DNA from: Octopus vulgaris | Lineage: Eukaryota | NCBI GenBank assembly: GCA_951406725.2 | Contig: OX597818.1 | Span: forward strand, 127,286,001 to 127,350,000 | Reading direction: 5' to 3' | Length of the DNA stretch: 64,000 nt | Shown: in pieces, positions 53,511 to 64,000 of the stretch | How positions within the stretch are numbered: position 1 is the stretch's first letter | How the letters are laid out: every line of letters begins with the position of its first letter | Notes under the pieces: generated by a model | Told to the model about the DNA's origin: nothing | The model's database searches: none | Seen by the model: only the letters and a program-made list of their open reading frames with translations | Program-made: the position numbers and the translations under genes

Positions 53511-53705
53511 TTGTCCCCCTAGCATTGCTTGACAACCGATGCTGGTGTGTTTACGTCCCCGTCACTTAGCGGTTCAGCAAAAGAGACCGATAGAATAAGT
53601 ACTGGGCTTACAAAGAATAAGTCCCGGGGTCGAGTTGCTCGACTAAAGGCGGTGCCCCAGCATGGCCGCAGTCAAATGACTGAAACAAGTAAAAGAGTAA
53701 GAGTA
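53303..53705 (+). mobile_element. SINE A, full length
   Basis: Family match. Confidence 0.92.
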
Positions 53706-54038
53706 TACGAAAATGAGACGACAAAGGAATAGACGATTATTTTATAAATTCAATTCCATTAGCTTACAGGCGTTTCTACTATAAGAAGCAGTGGACTCAT
53801 AGTTGAGTACCGAAACAGCTGTAAGCTAATGAAGTTCATAATATAATCGTTATTTCTTTTGTCATCTTACTTTCTTATTACCGTTCTATACTCGCCTAAC
53901 ACCGTTCTGAAGCATACGTATATTGTGTTCTACACCGGGCTATTAGCCTCGCAGTACTTAAGCGAAATATTAAAAATAATATGTGTATGTGTGTGTATAT
54001 ATACAACATACATATACTTACATATATATATATATATG

Positions 54039-54109
<71 letters not shown>

Positions 54110-54150
54110 ATGTATATATATGTCTTTATATAGATATTGCGTAGACATAA

Positions 54151-54410
<260 letters not shown>

Positions 54411-54428
54411 ATATACATATATATATAT

Positions 54429-54517
<89 letters not shown>

Positions 54518-54825
54518 CAGATGACCTTTAGAAGTGCAGTCGATTGCTAAATTTCAGGGCACAACTTCTGAAAATAGTTCACGTTGTTTATGTTGTTTAC
54601 GTAGCCAGTGTTAGGCGCCGTACCTTTGCAGATAGATTTATGAGGCTCATACGACCTCATAACATCATTCTATACATAGCAAACATTACAGATTATCGCG
54701 AATGATAATCTGTAGTGTATCATAAACATATAGATGTGTGTGTATGTGAGTGGGTTTCTTGCATATATGTTGTTGCTGTTGTTGTTTTTGCGTTCAGATG
54801 TACTCTGAACGAGCAGCTTCCTCTA

Positions 54826-54887
<62 letters not shown>

Positions 54888-55929
54888 TGTATCCGTGCGA
54901 GTGAGTGTTTGCCCGGTGGGATATTGCAGGATGACTTAATAAGGTGTTTATTTTAGACTGTTTAGTTTTGTTGCATACATGGCCTCTAAGAGGGCAAGAC
55001 AATTCTTCAGCCTGTATATCGAATTGCGGCCAAGAGACTCAGGGAAGAATCTGTGAATATCTGATTGACTCTACAGTACTCGAAATCAGGCATGCTCCGA
55101 TTTCCAAAATTTGTCAGGAGTTCTCGTTATATGATTCATCATTACATGTCTGAGCTTGCTGTAAGTTGTCAGCTGGACAGATGAGGCGTCTAACAACTAC
55201 AACAGATATTTGTGTGGCACCAAGCCATTCAGTTGGCTTAACTGCGTGTTACAACCCTAGGGATACACAACAGCAACACATAGGTTGCTGTCACAGATGA
55301 AAGTTAAATGTATTTCCATGACAAGCTATACTGTCCCAAAGGTTTCTTTGTCCGTCAGATCTGGGGAAATTGAACTCATGACCCCTAGGTCAACGATCCA
55401 TATGTCGTTAACTAACCACTTCTCTTAACAGAGAATGTTACCAATTATATCGTAGGACAGCCACTTGCAGTTAAGCTTACGAGGCAGTTAAGAGCAAAGC
55501 TCCTTGGCAACCTACACAAGACATTAGCGCCGAGGAGACACGAACCAGTCTTCCGGTTCGTTGTTTGGCACCTTATCTGTTTGGCAAGCTACACAAAATC
55601 AACTGTAATGCGCATCAAAGTTTCAATTTTAGATTGGTGGTATAAAAAGCACCGTTTTGAAGATTTTCGATAAGTAGCCTTCGAAAGCCTAAATTTATAT
55701 GGGTAAAATCTCCACTTGTTTTGCACATCTCTATACCATACTTCTGATCCCCCCTCTCTCTCTCTCTCTGTTTTATCTTCTAGTTTGTCAACTGACCTGA
55801 ACACGTTACTATTTGGCGATGTTTTTTTTACCATCTCCACAGAGCTACAATGTTTGTCCCAAATAATGTCCTTTTTCTCAAGGTGTTCCCCAAGGTTCTT
55901 GTATGTCGCCTGCATATTTCCCATTTTGC

Positions 55930-56960
55930 ATTAACAATCTACTTGCTGACAGATCTGAAAACGCTTATACAAGAGGTACCAATTTTCATGTCTTCTAACC
56001 TACTACACACAATCGTCATTCACAAGCAACATAGACACCTCACATCAAATCTTTCTGGCCTCAGAAACAAAATCCACGAAAGTTTCTGTGATGCGAGTGT
56101 CGTTAATCTAATTTTCTTCGCTGCGAATATCTATGAAACAATCTTGTATCTCATTTTTATTACATGTTATTAAACATCCTCTAAGTCGCAGCAAATGCTA
56201 GGTCTCTGAAACACTGATACTCTCTCCTAGGGATCCGACATTCATAAAGTGGCAAAGATTAGCATTCGTCTGTAAAGTTATATAAAATTTCAGCTCCTAG
56301 CAACTGCCGATTCAGTAAAGCTCCCAATGAAATACTTATTTCTTTACTACCCACAAGGGGCCAAACACAGAGTGGACAAACAAGGACAGAAAAACGGATT
56401 AAGTCGATTATATCGACCCCAGTGCGTAACTGGTACTTAATTTATCGATCCCGAAAGGATGAAAGGCAAAGTCGACCTCGGCGGAATTTGAACTCAGAAC
56501 GTAACGGCAGACGAAATACCGCAAAGCATTTCGCCCGGCGTGCTAACGTTTCTGCCAGCTCGCCTCCCAATGAAATACTGTTCACACAAACGGATCGCTT
56601 CTACTGCATTACCCAAAAGCATTCTAGACCCTATCCAAAAGAAGACTATTCGACTCATTAGCAAGAATTCACTCAGCAACACATCCCCAGCTTACGTAAA
56701 CGCTGTCTCTCAGTCTGCTTTCATAGTGAAACGACGATGCTACTATTCAGCTGCATACTATCTCAGCTCAAGCCAACCTGACATACACGCTCCTCTCCCA
56801 TTATTCATTCTGAGTTCCCCGAACACACACAGGCACACTCCAGCCCCGACACTAATCGCTGTCCTACAACATCATTTCACGAAAACGTCAAACTTTTGGA
56901 ATTTCTTCACTTCTAATGTTTGCATACAGTCTTCGACTTACAGCAGTTGAACTTGAATAT
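55930..56960 (+). mobile_element. Highly decayed CR1/Jockey-group LINE 3' fragment
   Basis: After removing the SINE: PMKYCSH...LDPIQKKTIRLI, resembling MEYCSH.W...LD.VQ..AIRLI. Confidence 0.5.
56337..56563 (-). mobile_element. SINE C with 16-bp TSD
   Basis: TSD ctcccaatgaaatact. Confidence 0.92.
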
Positions 56961-57095
56961 CAATACATCAACTAATCAGTTACCATTTAAACAAAATACT
57001 TAAGAAAGAAGGAAGCAGAGAGAGAAAGAGAGAAAGAGAGACAGACAGACAAATAGAAAGAAAGGGGGAAGTGAAGAGTTAAAAAAGTAACATAC

Positions 57096-57169
57096 TCAAT
57101 TTAATGATGATTTCAACATGCGTTTCTGGCATATTGATCTTCATACTTCCAGCGTCACCAACTCTGAAA
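57096..57169 (-). CDS. LBP/BPI: LBP/BPI exon (5' part of vertebrate exon 4), 74 nt, phase 2->1
   Basis: Acceptor cttattttctag (alternative in-frame AG 6 nt downstream), donor gtatgt; FRVGDAGSMKINMPETHVEIIIKL bridges both neighbours in frame. Confidence 0.82.
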
Positions 57170-57519
57170 CTAGAAAATAAGTAAACATATTTTAATAATT
57201 ACATTTTTATGTTTCATAGCTATACAGATGGTGCTGTTGGGGACGAGCAGGAGGAGGAGGGCGCCGGGAACGATGATTGAGTTGTAAAAGTAAGAGAAGA
57301 CCAGAAATTTTGATGTACGAATTAGTGAACGGACGACAAGAATATACGAAGTAAAGACCGCTTCTTTTTCAATCTCGCACTTCTGAAGATTTTTCTAAAA
57401 TTTAATTTTTCGATACATACATACATATATACATATATTTCTAGCAACGTAGGTGTTCTAACACCCTAGTCATATTACGATTTTCCTTTTTGGTACCACA
57501 TTGCACACGGCTATCTATA

Positions 57520-57584
<65 letters not shown>

Positions 57585-58708
57585 ATGATTTTTGCCAAAA
57601 TAATGTGGCAGTCCCAGAATGGGACGAATGTTACTGTCATTTAGCCCTATATATATATACACACATAGTGTCTGGGGAGATTCATTCTCTTTTAGTGCAT
57701 TATTATTTAACACACTCACGGGTTCGATTTCTACTCATTTATTCATTTTTTCTGAAATTTTCGTTGCGTCTTGCAACCTCTTCAACAGCCGTTGTCTCTG
57801 CCCGTTATCAGAGCTGTGTTCCTTTTGTTTGTTTATTTGTGTGCATCAGAGTGCATGTGTATACACATATGTATGTATGCATGTATGTACGTATGTGTGT
57901 ATGCATGTATTCTGTATCCATACATATGTGTGTTTATGTGTGTACATTTGTATATATGTATGTATGTATTCTGCATATTCATGTGTTTGTGTGTTCATGT
58001 TTGAGTGTTTGTATGTGTGTGTGTTTGTGTATGTGTGTGAAGCGTGCGTGTGTGTATATGGTCATATGTTTCAGTCTTCATTTGTGCATGTATGTGTGTG
58101 TGTGCATGTCTGTCCGTAGTACTCCTGTATTTGTCTAAGTCTTGTGCTTGGATAAAATGCGGATGTGAAGTTGACCCAGTGTGCCTCTATGATAGTCTTT
58201 AGCATTTGGTAGAGTATGGAAGACTGGTTTTTGTTGTCGTATTGACTCAAATATTCATATGGTTTTTCTATAAACTTCAACTGTATATACAATTTCTAGA
58301 TATATACTACAGCATATCTTGCCCGCCTACGCTCCAGGGAATAGAGACTGACTTTCTTGAGTCTTTCCCAGTAGCTTATATGCTGCATAGAGGCTATCTT
58401 CTTCGTGTAGTTTCGTTGGATTGCCTAAAGTCTTGCAATTAATTTTACACTGGTTGTTGACGATAGCAGGTGAGAATGCGATCGATAAAGCCGTGGGAAC
58501 GTGCATTTGTACGCGCAAGTACATCGGCTGTTGCGATCGATAGTACGCGTACGCGAGAAAAATGCATGTGCAGTTTGCGCAAAAAAAGCCGGCTGGCTTG
58601 AAATAATGCCACAAAATGGGACAGTCGGACAAGTTGTTTTGAGAAAATTAGGCTTAAATGTTTGACAACTCAGCACCGTCCATTGGTCGGGGGGCATTTT
58701 GCTTGTAT

Positions 58709-58743
<35 letters not shown>

Positions 58744-58864
58744 CTGAGAGAGAGAGAGAGAGAGATACACATACATATACACACATATATATATAAATTT
58801 ATATGTATATGTATGTTTGTGTGTGTGTGTGTGTGTATGCTTGCGCTCGCGCACACACACACAT

Positions 58865-58910
<46 letters not shown>

Positions 58911-59103
58911 TGAAGCACAAACTTCACCATCGTATATATGTATTGAGAGAGAGTAAAAGACAGACAGACAGACAGACAGACAGATAGATTAGACAAACTG
59001 ACTGACAGTCACATAAAACAAATTTTTAAAAAATTCACGCCACAAACTCACGGATGACATCAAAGTCTATGAGCGAATTACATAACTTAAATTGAATACT
59101 TAC

Positions 59104-59235
59104 AACCACAATTTTTTCGAGTAACGCCAGTTACCAGAGATCTGTGCATTCGGTATTGTCATCGACCATTTTAGACCGTGCCCAGGCACAAAAGCAATGC
59201 TACCGTGGGGTTTTGTTAATTTATCTACATACAGA
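59104..59235 (-). CDS. LBP/BPI: LBP/BPI exon (exon 3 equivalent), 132 nt, phase 2->2
   Basis: Acceptor ctttttcttttcag, donor gtaagt; LYVDKLTKPHGSIAFVPGHGLKWS...ISGNWRYSKKLW with PG.GL.W and I.G.W.Y motifs. Confidence 0.92.
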
Positions 59236-59393
59236 CTGAAAAGAAAAAGAACGAACAAAAGGAATTTTAGATTAATAATTACAGTGACATCTAAACAAAT
59301 TATAATGAATTTGTAGTATGTATGTATGTATGTATGTATGTATGTATGTATTATGTATGTATGTATGTATGTATGTATATATGTATATATGTA

Positions 59394-59577
59394 TCGCCAT
59401 GTTGATTCGCTTGTTTCTCTCCGTGTTTCTTTTCTGTGTATCTTTCTGTTGAAGAGCGTAGGCTCGAAACGTAAAAGACTTGTTTTATTTATATTCCTGA
59501 GCGCCATACTAATACAATTGTTTGTTTGTATTCCACTTGCCTTCGTCTTTTGTTTATTTTCATAAAGCTTTCCGTTA
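59394..59577 (+). mobile_element. Short Penelope-like repeat with variant hammerhead-like motif
   Basis: Near-identical to 45846-46054 with an internal deletion. Confidence 0.6.
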
Positions 59578-59597
59578 TATATGTATGTATGCGTATA

Positions 59598-59636
<39 letters not shown>

Positions 59637-59847
59637 TTCGTATATATGAATATAGATAATATATATAGTATATAATATATAATTGCAGTGTCATCTAATA
59701 TATTCCCAGCCTAATCAATATTTTGTGAGTAAATTTGTATGTATGTATGTATGTATGTATGTATATATGTTTGTATGTGCAGATTTGTAGGTTTTATATA
59801 TGTACTATCATGCATATAGTTACATATCTAGACATGCTCGTATATAT

Positions 59848-62110
59848 TTAAATGATAAACTTCTGGATAGTTTTACAGGTTTTTACAGTTTCAGTGATGG
59901 ATTGGATCTGTAGTCTTCGAATTAGCTTTCTCCTTTCTGGATTTGAGAATAATAATTTCTCAAGATTAGTATTTAGGTAGTGTGTTACATATACCAGGGC
60001 CCCAATAATTACAGGTATAAACCTGGACTTGTAATCTGCATAGAGTAACTGCAGATTTCTCAAATAGTTCAGCATAGGTGTTCTCTTTTTCACTGATCTT
60101 CAGCTTTATGTTAACATCGGCTGGGCAGTTAATTTCCACAACTGTGCACAGTTTCTCTTCGCCGTTCCAAATCATTATATCTGGTGTCTTCACTGGTACA
60201 TTCCACCAGCATTCCTTTTTTTTATGAGTGGCTATGGCTTCTACCATGTTGTATGTTCTTATTTCTTTGTCTTCGGGATTATCCTTCCGGCGAATTTCAT
60301 TATAGAATGCCCTCGCTACATCATACCGGTAGGTAATACCTTGATGACATTTTTGGACAACTGCTTATGATGTGGGTGATATGTTCAGTGTGATCTCCAC
60401 AAAGTCTGCATCGGTTGTCATACTTTACCTGCATCTCCAACACTTTTGTGCATCAGGTGCTTGGTTGATATTTCCTGTTCCTGGATTGAAAACGTATACC
60501 CTTCAAAGTGGGAGGTAGTAATCCGGCTATTGGTCCATGATAGACTGCTTTCATGATTGATGTTACTATCATCACGGTGCTTTCTAGTAACATATCTATG
60601 CATAGTCTTCTGCTCATATAAGCTCATCCTTTCATCTGCTGATCCGTTGTGGTAGAGTCGTGCGACTTCTTTGGGCATGTATTCTAGGTTATCAGACAAA
60701 GAGTGTTGCTCAAAGAGCTGCCTTCCAAGTGTTTTGATGTTATCAGCCTCATGTATGCAAAGTTGGTCAAGGGATGTACTTCGATACTTGGTGGTTAAAA
60801 GATGTTGCCGAAGGGATATGATGCGACATTCAAAGGCATTTTGGATCGTTGTTGTGCCTCTCCCTCCTTGTTTTCGTTTTAGGTGGAGGCAGTCTACGTC
60901 ACTATTTATGTGGAAATTATGTGTGATTGTTAGTATTTTGCGGATTTTCACATCAATGGACAGGATCTCATTAAGCGCCAATCAAGCAGCTCAAATGCTG
61001 GTATGAGTTCTGATACTGCAAACACATTGTGGGCCACTGCTTTAGTAAATGTAGAGAGTTTTGAGGTCCACATTTTCGGCTGTAATATTCTTTAGTGACA
61101 CGTGTTTTGTTACAGGTGTAAGATATATTTTCATCCACCCCTATATACCTGTAACATTCCTTTTTAGATGCAGGGGAAACAGTTAAATCATAAATACAGA
61201 TGTTACTAGTCCGGTTTATAATTTCCCCCTTTTCACAACCATATAACAACATTTATCCTGACCAAACTCCAACCCTACATCCTTTGAGAATGTTGTAATT
61301 AGGTCAAGACTCTTTTTTTAGCTCATGCGTATTCTTTGCATAAAGTTTTAAGACATCCACAAAGAAACAGTGTGTAATTTTAGTATTTCCGTTTCCTTGT
61401 GAACCAGTGAGATATCTTTCAGACTTCCTTAACATGAATGACAAGGGGTTTACGGAAAGTTTAAACAACACCACAAAGAGGTTGTCTTCTTGAAATATGC
61501 CTTTGCAATACTGTATTCTATCGATGCTAATACAGTCACTCTTTTGTTTAATTTCAAGATGGTGGCCAACGATGAAGCCAGGTCAGGTATGGCTTTGATT
61601 ATTCTCACTGGAACCTTAGCAAGTTGAAGGGCTTCTAACATCCATGAGTGGGGAACAGAGTCAAAGGTTTACTTGTAGTCTAGCCACATTGAAACTAAGT
61701 TCCTCCTATGCTCTCGCACCTGTGACATCACAGTTTAGTTGATTAACAATTGCTTGGCACATCCCCAGACTCCCTTCTTCCCACCTGCTTGTTCTGCTGT
61801 GATGATGTTATTAGTTTCACAACAATCTTGGAGAAAGAGGTTTAAACATGCTGTATATATCTTATACATTAAGTTCTGGCATGCAATTGGCCGATAGTCT
61901 TTTGCCATGTAGGTGGTTCTGCATTTGGGGATCAATTTTGTTTCTGCCAGAGCTAACCAGTGTGATATGCTATTGTTCTCAATGAAAGCTTGCTGATACA
62001 GATTGATAAGATATGGTCGGTAGAATGTTAGCTTGTTGTAGCAATATCCAACAATCAAGTCTCTTCCAGGTGCTTTTCCATCCTGGATATTCTGGATCAC
62101 AGTTGCAAGA
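59848..62110 (-). mobile_element. Decayed RLE-type non-LTR retrotransposon (R4/Dong-like), 5' truncated
   Basis: KAPGRD, DYRPIAC, EQAGGKKG, FDSVPHSW, RKQGGRG, CRLCGDHTEHITHIISSC knuckle, PDIMIW...VVEINCP, IPVIIGAL; frameshifted. Confidence 0.9.
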
Positions 62111-62610
62111 GTACCAATTGAATAGTGGGGCAGATGTAATCGACTCATCCTCTCTCGCGAAATTGCTAGCTTTGTGCCAAAATTTAAAATCTATATTATA
62201 TCATGGCGGAATAACGAAGTCGTTAGAATCATAAGAGCTTCGGACGTAATACCTTGTATTTATTTAGTGTCCTTTAGGGGTCGAGTTCAGATCGATTAAA
62301 TATGCCTTGGTATTTGATCGGTATTCGTTTATCGATTCCAATGTGATAAAGAAAAAGTTGACCATAACAGAATTTGATTTCTGACTCGCACAGGAATAAG
62401 ATTAGTTATAATGCTGTATTTGGCCAGTCTTCCCATAAATTCTATCAATCCAATGCCTTAATTATTCCAACGTCCCGTATAAGACCAAACAGCAGAATGT
62501 TAATAACAGTAAATGGGAATAAAACAAAAAACTGCAAAACGTAACAAAGTTATGAGGCTGCTGTGAAATGTTCTGTTAAGTGATAACGAGAGTTATTTAA
62601 TGATTATGTA

Positions 62611-62667
<57 letters not shown>

Positions 62668-63392
62668 CAGAAATATCATATTATATCATATCCGACGTCT
62701 TATAAGTACACTTTTTACACCCATCACACGTACGCAATGTGTCCCAGAAAATTGACCTGCATCTATAAACACGAGGTCAGCGTTTACATTACTGGAAAGT
62801 GATGGGTGAAGAAAAGGTCAATGGAAATTTAAGAACATTTTATAAACTTGTGCTCAGTAATACTCCATCTCTAAGTTATAAACACGATAAGAATATAAGA
62901 TCACTTGAGCCAAAGATGGAAGTATTCTATTCTATTCATATCAGTTAACAGAAATGTTTCTTCTATATGAAGTTAAGACGACCAAATCATTTCATAAACT
63001 TCGAACACTAGCTGGCCGTATTCGTGCTACATACAGAGAAGCGTGTTTCAAGCCAAGCCTATCGCATAATGCTCATTGAAAAACAACAACGACGGAAGCT
63101 TTTGTTTCACAATCACCTTTGAAACTGAAAAGCTTCCTGGCAATTCAGTTGAAAGCATGCAGATCGTTATCTCCCAACGATCTGTGGAAAGCTATTTGAC
63201 AAGTATACATAAGAGGCCTGTCGGAGGATTATAATGATCAAGTATATATAATCCTAAATAATATATTTAATCTTAGATACCCTGTACCTGAAAAAAAGAG
63301 GTTATAGGCAAAGCTGAAACACCTCTGCTCAGCTAAACGACGATACCGATAACATATAAGCCACAATGATGTTACAATGAATTAAAGCTTAC

Positions 63393-63492
63393 TTTGTCAA
63401 GCTGTAGTAAGTGTCGCCAGTGTGTACGATGTTTGGAATTTTTCGTATTGATTTGAATTGTTCATGAAGTTGTGTGAATCCAATAGTGGAAG
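63393..63492 (-). CDS. LBP/BPI: LBP/BPI exon (vertebrate exon 2 equivalent), 100 nt, phase 1->2
   Basis: Acceptor ttcttttggcag, donor gtaagc; (A)STIGFTQLHEQFKSIRKIPNIVHTGDTYYSLT(N) fits the IP[DN]..G..Y pattern. Confidence 0.85.
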
Positions 63493-63532
63493 CTGCCAAA
63501 AGAAAACACAAAAATCAGAGTATTATAATAGA

Positions 63533-63929
63533 CTAGCAGTATCGCCCGGCGTTGCTCGGGCTTGTAAGAGAAATAACTATATTAGCATTTTTAGAGAGTT
63601 ATAGCCAGAAAATAGCTAAAAAAATGCATTAAAAATGGAAAAAAAATTATGGTAAATTTTTTTTTAAATCGTTGACTCATCGTAGACATTTTTAGAGAGT
63701 TACTTCCCTTATATAATAGCGAAAAAATGCATTAAAATGGAAAAAATGATGGTAAATTTTTTTTAAATCGTAAACTCATCGTAGACGCGCGCTAATACCC
63801 AGAAGGGCTCGATATGAATCACGACTATAAGATACCCGGTTTTGGTTAAACTGCACCGCAAAATGTGGGAGTAGTTAGGAATCTAAATCGTAGGAGACAG
63901 ACACACAACTTCACTTTTATATATAAAGA
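63533..63929 (-). mobile_element. Non-autonomous Helitron, same subfamily as 17143-17536
   Basis: Reverse-complement match; internal ~100-bp tandem duplication. Confidence 0.85.
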
Positions 63930-64000
63930 TGTATGATACTGTAGTCGGCATGAAGTTATGTTTATATATGTAGGAAACTATAATCACCGGGATCCCTGCC

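Noticed and set aside
57605-57640. gtccc-agaat-gggac-gaa hairpin resembling hammerhead stem II
   Set aside because: No CUGANGA upstream and GAAA incomplete
58460-58706. CpG-rich patch
   Set aside because: Probably a DNA-transposon end fragment; no paired TIR or promoter evidence

Overview
AT-rich, microsatellite- and retroposon-dense animal DNA, most likely octopus (inferred from the SINE and Tx1 families; not database-checked). The ORF track is almost all microsatellite noise or decayed transposon protein. Reading splice sites on the minus strand reveals an 11-exon internal part (1142 nt, about 380 aa) of an LBP/BPI-family (lipopolysaccharide-binding / bactericidal permeability-increasing) gene running from 63492 down to 4111. 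All junctions are GT-AG and phase-compatible; the first exon and last exons were not found and presumably lie outside the window. The introns hold three main tRNA-derived SINE families, decayed Tx1, CR1-like and R4-like LINEs, ORF1-only Tx1 derivatives, a DD37D maT transposon, pogo/Tc1 MITEs, Helitrons, several type I hammerhead ribozyme motifs (two well-formed copies on the pre-mRNA strand) and inverted repeats, one pair of which brackets a coding exon.
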